Assembly: GCA_028282585.1 (NCBI GenBank)
Contig: JANQHR010000047.1
Location: 84,732-148,731 of the forward strand
From: Bacteroidales bacterium
GTDB taxonomy: Bacteria > Bacteroidota > Bacteroidia > Bacteroidales > UBA12077
Direction: 5' to 3'
DNA: 64,000 nt
The notes beneath the pieces are model-generated. The model was not told the origin of the DNA. It worked only from the letters and a program-made list of their open reading frames with translations, and searched no databases. Every line of letters starts with the position of its first letter. Within the stretch, counting starts at the first letter, position 1. Below, one piece after another: positions 29,333 through 40,017 of the stretch. The position numbers were made by a program, and so were the translations under genes.

Positions 29333-30601
29333 TTATCTTCTTGGTGGTCTGCTGGGCAAAAATGGACTTTTTTGTTCTCCGTTTTGTTCTTTCTTCTTTT
29401 TGTTTTCACCGGTAACCACTTCTTCGCCTTCATCAAGTCCTTCTATAATGGTTGTATAACTTCCATCTGACAAACCTGTTTTTATTCTTTTTGGTCTGAT
29501 TAATTTTTCAGTTTTGACCCAAACTAATGCTTCTCCATCCGGTAAATCACGAGAAAGCATTCCCTGCATTCCTCCGGTTCTCATTGCACCAGTTGGTATT
29601 TGTCCTCTGGAAGTTCCACCCGGCATAGGTCTGGCAGTACCTTCATTATTTCGGTTAGACATCATTTGCTTTCGCATTTCTATCAATACATCTTGTGAAG
29701 GAGAATACCTCAAAGCCTTGCTTTCAATTTTTAAAACGTTACTTTCTTTTGCCACCATAATGTTTAGGTTTGCCGTCATTCCGGGCATCAGTTTTAAATC
29801 AGGATTTGGTGCATCAATTAATACATTATAGGTTACCACATTTTGTGATATGGTGGGTTCTAATCTTATTTGAATTACTTCACCTGCAAACTCATCATCA
29901 GGAAATGCATCAACAGTAAACAATACCTTATTACCTTCTTTAACCTGCCCAATATCTGCTTCGTCGATACTTGCAACAACTTGCATTTTTGTTAAATCTT
30001 GAGCAATAGAAAAAAGTGTAGGTGTATTAAAGCTTGCAGCTACAGTTTGTCCTTCGTCAACACTTCTTGATACGATAACTCCATTTATTGGAGAGACAAT
30101 AGTAGCATAATTTAAATTTATTTGTGCTTTTTCCAAGCTTGCCAATGATGCATTATAATTAGCTTTTGCCGTTTCATAATTCCATTTAGCCTGATCGTAT
30201 TCAGATTCTGCAACAGTTTTGGATTGATAAAGTAATTTTACTCTCTCATAATTTTTCTTATAGTAATCCAGATTAGCTTTGCGTTGTTCTAAATCAGCTT
30301 TAGCACTTTTTAAAGCAGAATATAATGTTGTAGTATCAAGAATAGCAATAGTTTGTCCACTATTTACCTCAGAATTAAAATCTACGAATATATTTTGGAT
30401 TATACCGGATACTTGTGTACCTACTTCAACTGTTGTAATTGCTTCCAAGGAGCCGGTTGCAGTAATAATTGAACTTATATCTCCTTTTTCAATTACAGCA
30501 GTTTCAAAACTCAATACTTCCTTATTATTTCCTATACGCACATAGGCATATATTGAAACAAGAATTATTACGATTAAGAATATATAGTATACTTTTTTCA
30601 T
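29333..30601 (-). CDS. MacA-like efflux periplasmic adaptor subunit
   Basis: VEVGTQVSG, ATIVSPINGVIV and GQTVAASFNTPTLF. Confidence 0.93.
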   Translation of the reverse strand: MKKVYYIFLIVIILVSIYAYVRIGNNKEVLSFETAVIEKGDISSIITATGSLEAITTVEVGTQVSGIIQNIFVDFNSEVNSGQTIAILDTTTLYSALKSAKADLEQRKANLDYYKKNYERVKLLYQSKTVAESEYDQAKWNYETAKANYNASLASLEKAQINLNYATIVSPINGVIVSRSVDEGQTVAASFNTPTLFSIAQDLTKMQVVASIDEADIGQVKEGNKVLFTVDAFPDDEFAGEVIQIRLEPTISQNVVTYNVLIDAPNPDLKLMPGMTANLNIMVAKESNVLKIESKALRYSPSQDVLIEMRKQMMSNRNNEGTARPMPGGTSRGQIPTGAMRTGGMQGMLSRDLPDGEALVWVKTEKLIRPKRIKTGLSDGSYTTIIEGLDEGEEVVTGENKKKKEQNGEQKSPFLPSRPPRR

Positions 30602-30603
30602 TT

Positions 30604-32007
30604 CTATAATGTTAATGGATTACCTTGGTAATGTTCGATGATCATATCTTTAAAAATGAGATTGTATTTCGATTGTAATAAGCCATTTTCTGCATTGATC
30701 AGATTTGTTTTCTCGATTAAATAATCAACAGAATTGAGTAAACCTGCATTGAATTTTGTTGTAGCATCATCATATGACCTTTTATAAGAGGCTAATTGTT
30801 TTACATTTGCATCATATTCCTTTTTCGCAGAAAGCAAATCAGTATATGCTTGCTCTATTGTTTTTCTTAAATTATTCCTTGTATTTATTAACTCAAGCTG
30901 AGAACTCTGATAATTGATCTTGGATTTTTCTACGGCAGATTTTGCCTGATAATTATTAAATATTGGTATTGAGAGATTTAAACTAATACTTTCATACAAG
31001 TTATCATTGTATTGATCAAAGAACGGATAGTTACTATAATACATCGAGGGTTGATCGAAAAGTACATTTTCGCTCGGATTACTTTCGAGGTAACCCACGG
31101 TAACCGATTCCGTTTCACCATAATTAAGCTGTTCGTTTAAGCTTGAATATTGGGTTCCGATACTTGCGTTTAATGTTAATTTAGGAAGCTGTTGAGCTTT
31201 TGCAATTTTTATGCCTAATTCAGAGCTTTGTTCATGTAAAATGGCATTCTGTATTTCCGGTCGTATATCTAATGCAATTTGGTAAATATTATCAATAGAT
31301 TGATTTAGGTTTTTATAATGTTTTTCGACGTTTAACTCAGGAATGTCAATGTTAAAATTATCATTAACAGGTAGTTCCATTAGTTGCATTAAGTTCAACC
31401 TAGCTATTCTCAGCTGGTTTTCCGTATTTGTAATGGTTAATTCTTCACTATAAAGTTGAGCTTCTAATTGTAAATAATTACTTATTGGCAACATTCCAGC
31501 ATCAATCTTATTTTTAATATTTTGAAGTTGTTGCTTGGTTGATTCATATTGATTTTTTGAGATTTTAATTTGTTCTTTATAAAAAATAATTTCCAAATAC
31601 GAATTGGCAATTGAAAGACTAATATTGTTAACTGTTTCTTCAACCAAATACTCGCCTGCCTTATAATTAAGCTGTGCTTGCTTTATAGAGTTATTATTTT
31701 GTAGTCCGTTATAAAGAGTAACACTTGAATTAATTGAAAATGTGTTCTTACTGTAAAAATCATCCTGATTATTGCTTCCCCAGTTAAAGCTTTGATTACT
31801 GCTGGCATTCACGGAAGGAATTCTATTAACTTTTAATTGTTTAATATCAATTCTATTAAGTTCATTTGAAAGTTTATTCTGTTTAATCTGAATATTGTTT
31901 TCAATTGCATATTGTATACATTGGTTTAAAGTCCATATTTTGGTTTGGGCACTTAATCTAAATGAATAAATTATAAAAAGGATAATATATAAAACCAAAC
32001 TTTTCAT
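30604..32007 (-). CDS. TolC family outer membrane efflux protein
   Basis: Signal peptide, WTLNQCIQYAIENN and OEP repeats (LSIPIFN); first gene of the efflux operon. Confidence 0.92.
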   Translation of the reverse strand: MKSLVLYIILFIIYSFRLSAQTKIWTLNQCIQYAIENNIQIKQNKLSNELNRIDIKQLKVNRIPSVNASSNQSFNWGSNNQDDFYSKNTFSINSSVTLYNGLQNNNSIKQAQLNYKAGEYLVEETVNNISLSIANSYLEIIFYKEQIKISKNQYESTKQQLQNIKNKIDAGMLPISNYLQLEAQLYSEELTITNTENQLRIARLNLMQLMELPVNDNFNIDIPELNVEKHYKNLNQSIDNIYQIALDIRPEIQNAILHEQSSELGIKIAKAQQLPKLTLNASIGTQYSSLNEQLNYGETESVTVGYLESNPSENVLFDQPSMYYSNYPFFDQYNDNLYESISLNLSIPIFNNYQAKSAVEKSKINYQSSQLELINTRNNLRKTIEQAYTDLLSAKKEYDANVKQLASYKRSYDDATTKFNAGLLNSVDYLIEKTNLINAENGLLQSKYNLIFKDMIIEHYQGNPLTL

Positions 32008-32380
32008 TCCAATGAATTTAAATCAAGATCAATGTTACACATCATTTATCAATGCAAATAATCAAATAGATTAATCTAACATTTATTAAGACGAATTTGC
32101 TTTTTGTATCGAAAAATCGAGATCTCGTTTCAAACAAAAAGAATTATTTGTTTATCAATTAAATATTTTTAATCCATTAGGATAATTAAGCATAGATGTT
32201 ATTGAATTTTTATCTATTTTAGGAGTCGCTTTGGGGATAGGACAATTTAATCCAAATATATTTTATATTTTTGCGATAGTGTCAATCCAAATGTTTAATC
32301 CAGTTGCAAGAATTTTCATTTGTTTGATCCAATCAAGAATATGTAATCTTAAATTTCACAATCACAAATTTATCCTCCCA

Positions 32381-32734
32381 TCATTCTTTTTCTATTTTTT
32401 TCTGGAACTCCTGGTATTTTTTAAATTGCTCTTCGGAAAGCACTTGTTTAATTTCATGATCCCATTTCTGTTTTGTTTTCATAAGTTCCTCTAGTTTGCC
32501 TGGATCTGGCCCACCTTTTTCTTTGCCACGCAATTCTTCAAACTTTTGAACATATTTTTCATTAATTACAAGCATAGAATCGTATTGATCTTCATTAAGG
32601 GTTAAATCTTCATTTAATTTATCAGTCATTTCTTTGGCTCTTTCCTGATATGATTCTTGAGCACCGGAATTCTGTATAAATATAAAATTGAGTATTAAGA
32701 TGTTGATAATTAATATTACGTTAATTACTTTCAT
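32381..32734 (-). CDS. Small helical periplasmic protein, DUF4890/Spy-CpxP-like
   Basis: Signal peptide from ATG 32734; LTLNEDQ and VLSEEQFKKY (LTxxQ-like motifs). Confidence 0.65.
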   Translation of the reverse strand: MKVINVILIINILILNFIFIQNSGAQESYQERAKEMTDKLNEDLTLNEDQYDSMLVINEKYVQKFEELRGKEKGGPDPGKLEELMKTKQKWDHEIKQVLSEEQFKKYQEFQKKIEKE

Positions 32735-33100
32735 AATTTTTACTGTTAATTTTCGGCAAATTTTACATAGCAAATTCACTAAATAAAATAAGATATACTT
32801 ACAGTGATTTAATATGGATTAACAAAATAGATTTATCGACAAAAATGTATTGTTAAATAAGAGTTAGTGAAAACGTGCGGAAGGGTAGTGAAATAGATTG
32901 GATTATAATATTTTACTAAAAGTTAATTGATAATTTAGTAGATGAATGGTAACTGTTACTAGGGTAAAGTTAAATGGAATCTGAAATCTTAAAATTGAAA
33001 CATATAATTATTTAAACGGATAACCGAAATAGGATACAAAGGTCAAACATGAATTAAATAAAATATCTTTTATAACTTTGCGCTGTTTTATAAAAAAAAT

Positions 33101-33736
33101 ATGAACGAAGATTTTAATGTTGAGCAGGTTAATTCTCAAAATGTTGCTGATTTTGTAACGGTTGTAGGAGAGTATTGCACGTTTACTGAAAATACGATTC
33201 GATTTTCGAAAGTAGATTTTTTGGATAAAGCAAGAAAATTATTATCCATGGTTTACTTAAAAATGTCGCTTTTACCAAAATTCGAATCTATTTTCGATGA
33301 TGAAAATGAAAAGTTTGTAACCGAAGAAGACTGGGATTTTATTCATCAATCTATTAAAAAGAAGTTAGGCTATCATGATGAGTATCGGGAAATATTTGAT
33401 CCGTTAACGCACGAACAGGTTGAGCAAAGTACGGCGTCTATCTCTGATAACCTGGCAGATATTTATCAGGATTTAAAGAATTTTATTGCACTTTTCAATA
33501 TTGGAACCGAAGAAATGATGAATGATGCTTTATGGGAGTGTCAGTTAAATTTTGAAGAGTTTTGGGGACAAAAATTACTAAATGCATTAAATGCAGTACA
33601 TAGGGTATTGTTTAGTGGAGATAATTTAGATGAAGAAGAATCTGAAATAATTGAGGAGGACTCAGAAGATCACGTTGATACATCAAAATGGATCATTTCA
33701 AAACGTCAGGACGAATTTAGAAAAGGAGAGGAGTAA
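33101..33736 (+). CDS. DUF5063 family protein
   Basis: FVTVVGEYC, SISDNLADIYQDLKNF and FEEFWGQKLLNAL; precedes a 3'-5' exonuclease as in Bacteroidales. A -7 box TAACTTTG lies at 33073-33080. Confidence 0.8.
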   Translation: MNEDFNVEQVNSQNVADFVTVVGEYCTFTENTIRFSKVDFLDKARKLLSMVYLKMSLLPKFESIFDDENEKFVTEEDWDFIHQSIKKKLGYHDEYREIFDPLTHEQVEQSTASISDNLADIYQDLKNFIALFNIGTEEMMNDALWECQLNFEEFWGQKLLNALNAVHRVLFSGDNLDEEESEIIEEDSEDHVDTSKWIISKRQDEFRKGEE

Positions 33737-34312
33737 ATGTTTGCAGAAAACTTGTCGAATGAAGAAATAAACGAATTACCACTATATCAGTTTAACGGAG
33801 GGATATTTGTAATAGATACCTTTGATAAATTAGATTATTTTTTACCTCTAATACAAGAACAAGAAATACTTGGCTTTGATACGGAAACTCGCCCGTCTTT
33901 TAAAAAGGGTAAGGTTAATCCGGTTTCCTTATTACAATTAACTTCATCAAATCAAGCATTCTTGATAAGAATAAATAAAATTGGTTTACCACAGGAAATA
34001 GCGACTATTCTGGCTGATAAAAATGTACAAAAGATTGGATTGGCTATTAAAGATGATATAAAAATTTTAAAGGACATAACCAAATTTGAACCAAATGCTT
34101 TTCTGGATTTGCAGGATTATGTGGGAGATTTTGGTATCGAAGCAAGGAGTTTAAAAAAGATTACGGCCATCGTGCTAAATCAAAGAATATCTAAATCTCA
34201 ACAGGTAACAAATTGGGAAAGAGAAGAACTTAGTGAAGGACAGCAGGTTTATGCTGCTACCGATGCATGGGCTTGTTTACAAATTTATAAGAACCTAAAT
34301 CACAATAAGTAA
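33737..34312 (+). CDS. 3'-5' exonuclease (DEDDy, RNase D/WRN-like)
   Basis: ExoI LGFDTETRP and ExoIII YAATDAW. Confidence 0.92.
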   Translation: MFAENLSNEEINELPLYQFNGGIFVIDTFDKLDYFLPLIQEQEILGFDTETRPSFKKGKVNPVSLLQLTSSNQAFLIRINKIGLPQEIATILADKNVQKIGLAIKDDIKILKDITKFEPNAFLDLQDYVGDFGIEARSLKKITAIVLNQRISKSQQVTNWEREELSEGQQVYAATDAWACLQIYKNLNHNK

Positions 34313-34313
34313 T

Positions 34314-35498
34314 ATGGAATATCCAAAAGTAATATTAAAATCTGGTAAGGATCAATCGGTTAGGAGATATCATCCGTGGATTTTTTCAGGAGCTATCAAG
34401 AAAATTATTGGTAATGTAAACGAAGGTGATTTAGTAATAGTTACTGATAATAAAGATGAATTCCTCGCTTTGGGACATTACCAGATAGGATCAATAGCTG
34501 TTCGTATTCTCACTTTTAAAGATAAAAAGATTGATTCATGGTTTTGGAAAGATAAGATTTCAAAGGCATATAATTTGCGTAAGAAATTCGGTTTAGCGGA
34601 AAATGATAATAATAATGTATATCGCTTAGTACATGCCGAAGGTGATGGATTACCCGGTTTAATCATTGATTACTACAACGGAACAGCGGTACTTCAGATG
34701 CACTCCATAGGAATGTATTTAAATAAAGAAGCCATTATTGAGGCTATAAAGGAAATATATGGTGATAATTTAAACGCGATTTACAATAAAAGCGAATCGA
34801 CTATTCCGTTTAAGTCGGAAATAAAAACAAAGAATGGATACGTTTATGGTTCATCTAGCGAAAGTGTTGTTCTGGAATATGGTAATAGATTCAAGATCAA
34901 CTGGGAAGAAGGACAAAAGACAGGTTTTTTTATCGATCAACGGGAGAATAGAAAATTAGTATCCGAATACTCTAAAGACAAAAATGTGCTAAATGTTTTT
35001 GGCTATACAGGGGGTTTCTCGGTTTATGCGATGCAGGGTGGAGCAAAATCAGTACATTCAGTTGATAGCTCTAAAAAAGCAATTGATCTTACTAACGAAA
35101 ACATGGGACTTAACTTTGAAGATACCAGCCGTCATGAAGCTTTTGCTTTAGATGCATTTGAGTTTTTAAATGAAATTGACAATAAATACGATTTAATCAT
35201 ATTGGATCCTCCGGCATTTGCTAAACATCATAACGTATTACACAACGCATTACAAGGATATAAAAGGCTAAATATAAAAGCCATAGAGCAAATAAAACCA
35301 GGTGGGTTACTATTCACTTTTTCGTGTTCGCAAGTAGTTAGTAAAGAGAATTTCAGGAAAACAATTTTCACTGCAGCAGCTAATACTGGAAGAAACGTAA
35401 GGATACTACATCAGTTAAGTCAGCCAGTTGATCACCCTGTAAATATTTACCATCCGGAGAGCGAATATTTAAAAGGATTGGTTGTGTATGTAGAATAG
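34314..35498 (+). CDS. rlmI: 23S rRNA m5C methyltransferase, RlmI family
   Basis: PUA domain HPWIFSG, EGDGLPGL, GQKTGFFIDQRENR, ILDPPAF and FSCS. Confidence 0.88.
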   Translation: MEYPKVILKSGKDQSVRRYHPWIFSGAIKKIIGNVNEGDLVIVTDNKDEFLALGHYQIGSIAVRILTFKDKKIDSWFWKDKISKAYNLRKKFGLAENDNNNVYRLVHAEGDGLPGLIIDYYNGTAVLQMHSIGMYLNKEAIIEAIKEIYGDNLNAIYNKSESTIPFKSEIKTKNGYVYGSSSESVVLEYGNRFKINWEEGQKTGFFIDQRENRKLVSEYSKDKNVLNVFGYTGGFSVYAMQGGAKSVHSVDSSKKAIDLTNENMGLNFEDTSRHEAFALDAFEFLNEIDNKYDLIILDPPAFAKHHNVLHNALQGYKRLNIKAIEQIKPGGLLFTFSCSQVVSKENFRKTIFTAAANTGRNVRILHQLSQPVDHPVNIYHPESEYLKGLVVYVE

Positions 35499-35535
35499 AA
35501 TATGTTATTTTTATAACGCTGTAAAAACATGAAAA

Positions 35536-36540
35536 ATGAAAAGATTACTTTTTTTATTCATAATTGCACTTACCATTAATTCAGGCGTTAAGTCACAAAA
35601 TATTTATCCGGTTTATGAATATTCTGCTAGCTTAAAAGGTGTTACTCTAACGAACTTTGATATAGAAGACACAGTTCTTTTTCTTCCTTTGGGAGAGCAT
35701 GGATTACATTTATTAAATATCAAGGAGCCGGATAATATTTATGAGTTATCACAATATATTGAATATGAAAAGCGATCGAAAGGTAATAAAACTTACGGAT
35801 TTGCCCACCATGTAAATGTAATTGATGGTTTGGCTTATTTATCTTACGGTCCATTAGGATTAAAGATTCTTGATGTTAATGATCCAAACATGCCATTTGT
35901 TATAGGTGGTTATTATAGACACGAAGATGTTGTTTGTTCTGAAATTTACGAGAACTATGTTCTTTTAGGTTATTACGATATGGGTCTGGAAATTGTAGAT
36001 ATTACTGAATTAAACAATACAAAAATGGTATCACGAAATAATGTTCGTGGATTTACGGTTAAAAATATTCAGGTGCTTCCACCTTATGTAGTTATCTCCG
36101 GTGGTGTTCGCGGATTAAGAATCTTTAAGTTTCAGGAACCGTTTACTACATTTAAGCAAGCTGAGTTTCCTAAATCACATTTAACTGACAATGATGCTAA
36201 TAAGATACTGGTACAAGGTAAAACTGCTTATCTGGCAAACGATTTTAGGGGGCTTTCCGTTTTAAGCATGGGATTACCATTGTATCCACTTGAAGTGAAT
36301 GTTATTAAAACAGAAAGTAAGGCTACGGAATTACTTATTGATAGTAATTACTTGTATGTAGCAAGTGGAAAGTACATCGAGATTTTTGATATAACAGAGC
36401 CTAATAAACCTGAGAAAGTGTTTGAATATCTCGGTAAAAATCAAGAGTTTGTAAGTCTTAAAATGCATGATAATAAGCTTTTTGCACTATATAGTAGCGG
36501 AAGTAAAGATTACGGATTTGTGATTTTTCAGGTAGAGTAA
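35536..36540 (+). CDS. Secreted LVIVD-repeat (beta-propeller) protein
   Basis: Signal peptide; repeats GLKILDVNDP, GLEIVDIT and IEIFDITEP. Confidence 0.75.
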   Translation: MKRLLFLFIIALTINSGVKSQNIYPVYEYSASLKGVTLTNFDIEDTVLFLPLGEHGLHLLNIKEPDNIYELSQYIEYEKRSKGNKTYGFAHHVNVIDGLAYLSYGPLGLKILDVNDPNMPFVIGGYYRHEDVVCSEIYENYVLLGYYDMGLEIVDITELNNTKMVSRNNVRGFTVKNIQVLPPYVVISGGVRGLRIFKFQEPFTTFKQAEFPKSHLTDNDANKILVQGKTAYLANDFRGLSVLSMGLPLYPLEVNVIKTESKATELLIDSNYLYVASGKYIEIFDITEPNKPEKVFEYLGKNQEFVSLKMHDNKLFALYSSGSKDYGFVIFQVE

Positions 36541-36647
36541 TTCTTGTTTATCGATAAAAACAAATCATTAGTCTTTCTTTTATCTGCATATCTATATTTT
36601 ATAATCCGATCCTGTTTAGGGATGCTACCTTTGTTAAAAAAACCTTT

Positions 36648-37691
36648 ATGAAGAAAAGTTTTATCGAAACTAAATACTTTACAATTCTTTTACATGTACT
36701 TGTCTGGAGCACTTTTTTAGTTTTGCAAATACTTTCATTTCAAGCATCCTTAAATGACAGGCTACCTAGGCCGGATGGTTTTGTCCCTGAAAAATTAAAA
36801 GCTCGCTTTATTTTTAGTTGGTCTGTAATGGTAATTTTATACTATATGAATTCACTGGTGTATATACCCCGATTCCTTTTCAACAAGAAGATTGGAAAAT
36901 TTGCACTGGCCTTAATCTTAACATTGGTTTGCGTAGTAATATTGGAAAGTATATATAGTAACCTACTTGATATAGGGCGTAACGGAGCTTTTTTTAGAAA
37001 AGGACCTCCGGTTGCATTTTTTATGTCCATATTTATCCTGGCATTAAGTACCAGTATTAAAGTAGCGCAAAAATGGTTTGAAGATCAATCTAAACAAAAA
37101 GAAATGGTGCATGAAAAGATGAATTCGGAACTATCACTGTTAAAATCACAAGTAAATCCACACTTTTTGTTTAATACCTTAAACGGGATTTATTCTCTTG
37201 CCAACAATAAATCAGATAAAACTGCATCAGCAATTGTAAAACTCTCACAGATGATGCGTTATATGCTTGACGAGTCAAAGCAGGAATTTGTAACTTTATC
37301 GAGCGAGCTGGATTATATCAATACATATATTGATTTACAAATGATGCGATTGTTTGATAACGTGAAAGTTGATTTTACAGTGGATGGCGAACCTAACGGA
37401 ATTAAAATTCAACCTTTATTATTGATCCCATTCATAGAAAATGCATTTAAGCATGGAACCGATGCAAGTACAGATTGCGATATTAATATAAACCTTGATA
37501 TTAAAAAAGATTCCTTACAGTTGCGTGTAGAGAACGATATTATAAAATCGAGAAGAGATGATGAAAAATCAGGATTTGGATTAAATAATATTAAACGACG
37601 ATTGCAGTTGGAATACCCGGACAGGTATGTTTTAACAACCAGTAGTGAAGAAGGTAAGTTTATTGTGAAATTATTTATAAGTCTGAAGTGA
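36648..37691 (+). CDS. LytS/YehU-type sensor histidine kinase
   Basis: 4 TM; LKSQVNPHFLFNTLN, FIENAFKHG and GFGLNNIKRRL. A -7 box TACCTTTG lies at 36626-36633. Confidence 0.93.
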   Translation: MKKSFIETKYFTILLHVLVWSTFLVLQILSFQASLNDRLPRPDGFVPEKLKARFIFSWSVMVILYYMNSLVYIPRFLFNKKIGKFALALILTLVCVVILESIYSNLLDIGRNGAFFRKGPPVAFFMSIFILALSTSIKVAQKWFEDQSKQKEMVHEKMNSELSLLKSQVNPHFLFNTLNGIYSLANNKSDKTASAIVKLSQMMRYMLDESKQEFVTLSSELDYINTYIDLQMMRLFDNVKVDFTVDGEPNGIKIQPLLLIPFIENAFKHGTDASTDCDININLDIKKDSLQLRVENDIIKSRRDDEKSGFGLNNIKRRLQLEYPDRYVLTTSSEEGKFIVKLFISLK

Positions 37692-38407
37692 TGAATTGTA
37701 TAGCTGTTGATGACGAGCCTTTGGCATTGAACTTAATAGAGGATTTTGTAAAAAAAGTTCCTTTTTTAAATTACGTAAAATCATGTAAAAATGCTTTCGA
37801 AGCCATTGATATTATACAGAAAGAAAAGATTGACCTGATATTCTTAGATATTAACATGCCGGATATTACAGGTATTGATTTAATAAAGAATATTGAGCAA
37901 AAACCGTTGGTTATTTTTACAACAGCTTACTCCGAATATGCTATTGAAGGTTTCGAACTTAGCGCAGTAGATTATTTAATAAAGCCATTTTTATTTGAGC
38001 GTTTTTTTAAAGCCGTAAATAAAGCTTACGATTATTATAGCCTTAAAAATAAACGAAATACACCTGTAAGCGAAGAAAAATCACATACCGATGATTACAT
38101 TTTTGTAAAAGCCGATTACAGTAGTGTAAAAATCTATTTAAAAGATATTCTTTACCTCGAAGGATTAAAAGATTATGTTAAAATACATACAAAAGAAAAA
38201 AAAATACTTACACTGATCACCATGAAAAAGATCGAGGAGAAACTTCCGTCTTCGAACTTTATTCGTGTACACAGATCTTTTATAGTTGCTTTGGATAAAA
38301 TTGAATCCATACAACGAAATCGCATTATTATACAAGAAAAATGGATTCCAATTGGTAATAGCTACAAAACAGATTTTTACAACCGCATTGAGGACGTGAA
38401 TATCTAA
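37688..38407 (+). CDS. LytTR family response regulator
   Basis: VDDEPLA, FLDINMP and LytTR motif FIRVHRSFIV; overlaps the kinase stop codon. Confidence 0.95.
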   Translation: MMNCIAVDDEPLALNLIEDFVKKVPFLNYVKSCKNAFEAIDIIQKEKIDLIFLDINMPDITGIDLIKNIEQKPLVIFTTAYSEYAIEGFELSAVDYLIKPFLFERFFKAVNKAYDYYSLKNKRNTPVSEEKSHTDDYIFVKADYSSVKIYLKDILYLEGLKDYVKIHTKEKKILTLITMKKIEEKLPSSNFIRVHRSFIVALDKIESIQRNRIIIQEKWIPIGNSYKTDFYNRIEDVNI

Positions 38408-38623
38408 AAATGATTGTTTTTTTAATACCTATCATTATATTTTCAAAATAATAGTTACATTTTTTATATCTTCTGTATAGTTAGTAAAATTAGAGTTTTC
38501 AGAAGGGCATTACGCAAGCTTTTTAAGCTTACCTAAGGATTTAGTCTTCAAAAGAGATTTTAGTAATTTCATATGCCAATTTAAATACAAATACTACTTC
38601 TAATTTGAGTTATAAATAAGCCG

Positions 38624-39058
38624 CTATAAATTTTCAATTTCATTGATATATTGAATAATTTTTTGTAAACAAGTTCCTATGTTCTTTTTAATTTCATGTT
38701 CCCAAAATCTGAATACTTTAAAACCTAAATACTCCAATTTTTCAGTGTTATTAGAATCCCTAACCATATTCTTTTCAATTTTTGGAATCCAATAATCTCT
38801 ATTTGACTTTATCTTCTTTCTTTTTTCATCCCAATTATATCCATGCCAGAACTCTCCATCAACAAAAATAACTAGTTTGTACTTCCTAATAACAATATCA
38901 GGTTTTCCGGGCAGAGACTGATCATTTAATCGATATCTAATTCCTAAGTTCCAGAGTAGTTTTCTCAATTTTAGCTCAGGTGTAGTGTTTTCACTACGAA
39001 TTTTACTCATTAATTGAGACCTTTTTTCTGTTGTTTGGAAGCCATATCTAGTTTTCAC
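38624..39058 (-). CDS. vsr: Very short patch repair endonuclease Vsr
   Basis: RSQLMSKIRSENTTPE, LPGKPDIV, FVDGEFWHG and FWEHE. Confidence 0.95.
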   Translation of the reverse strand: MKTRYGFQTTEKRSQLMSKIRSENTTPELKLRKLLWNLGIRYRLNDQSLPGKPDIVIRKYKLVIFVDGEFWHGYNWDEKRKKIKSNRDYWIPKIEKNMVRDSNNTEKLEYLGFKVFRFWEHEIKKNIGTCLQKIIQYINEIENL

Positions 39059-40016
39059 TAATGAATATGTGATTTGTAAATAAAGTATGTGGTGTACTTA
39101 CCAGATTAATATCAAACTTTAAAGATGGCTCAATTCTAGAACTGGCATTATGTATTCTAAATGAAATTTGCCATCCTTCACTTAAAGCTAAAACAAGAGT
39201 TGTCGTAGAATCTTTTTTATAAACTAGTTCAATTAATCTATCTGGTAACTTTAATTTAGGTGCTTTGGCTTTAGGTTCAATCTTTTTTATAGACTGGTTT
39301 AAAGTTCCATGTAAATTGTATGCTTGTATTTCAACTCCTTTTTTACTTTTGATTATTTTATAAAAGTCTTTATTCCCAATTAGATATTCTACAAGCTTTT
39401 GAGAAACAATGCTTCCATTTGCAGAACCAAGTCTCATTAGTTCGTTTCTAAATGCATTTAAAATAGGTTTGTAGATAACTTCATGCATGTTATCAATTTC
39501 AGACCATAAAGCTTTTGAATTTTCACTTCTTTTATTTTTAAGCAATGTGAAAATTGGTTCAATTTCTTTAAAATATTCTTCGGAACAAGGAATGCCGAGC
39601 CATTCTTTCCCAAAATTAATTGTTTGAGAAAGCCTTGAGTGTTTAACAGCTCTGTGATTGTTTTTTGCTGATACTCCAATTTCCCATTTTTGCAATAAGC
39701 GAATTGCCAAAACATCACGAACATCTCCTTTTTGACCGTAACTATCTGAAACAATTTCAAGTTGTAGAATATCCTCTTTATTTAAGCTATAAGAAAGTCT
39801 AGGTTCAATATCAATTAAAAAATTAACAGCAGAACTTGATACTATGTTGTATCTTCCTTGTTCCGTTTCATTAAAGCTTTCATAAGCTTTTTTGGCAGTA
39901 AAATAAGGCTCGCTTTCTATTACTTGAAGATTATTATCTTTTGTGTTTAACCTATTATAGAATTCCTTTAATAAGGCATATTCAAAAGCTTTGCCTGTTT
40001 TTACTTGCTCTGCCAT
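39048..40016 (-). CDS. Type II restriction endonuclease, HaeIII family (predicted GGCC)
   Basis: GKAFEYA, GDVRDVL, GVSAKNNHRAVKHSRLS and WQISFRIHNASSRIEPSLKFDI match the RE_HaeIII pattern; adjacent to an M.HaeIII-like methylase. Confidence 0.85.
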   Translation of the reverse strand: MAEQVKTGKAFEYALLKEFYNRLNTKDNNLQVIESEPYFTAKKAYESFNETEQGRYNIVSSSAVNFLIDIEPRLSYSLNKEDILQLEIVSDSYGQKGDVRDVLAIRLLQKWEIGVSAKNNHRAVKHSRLSQTINFGKEWLGIPCSEEYFKEIEPIFTLLKNKRSENSKALWSEIDNMHEVIYKPILNAFRNELMRLGSANGSIVSQKLVEYLIGNKDFYKIIKSKKGVEIQAYNLHGTLNQSIKKIEPKAKAPKLKLPDRLIELVYKKDSTTTLVLALSEGWQISFRIHNASSRIEPSLKFDINLVSTPHTLFTNHIFISEN

Positions 40017-40017
40017 A

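Noticed and set aside
32231-32494. 87-aa plus-strand ORF
   Set aside because: TTG start, overlaps the Spy-like gene antisense, and its Phe-rich composition mirrors the Lys/Glu codons on the other strand.
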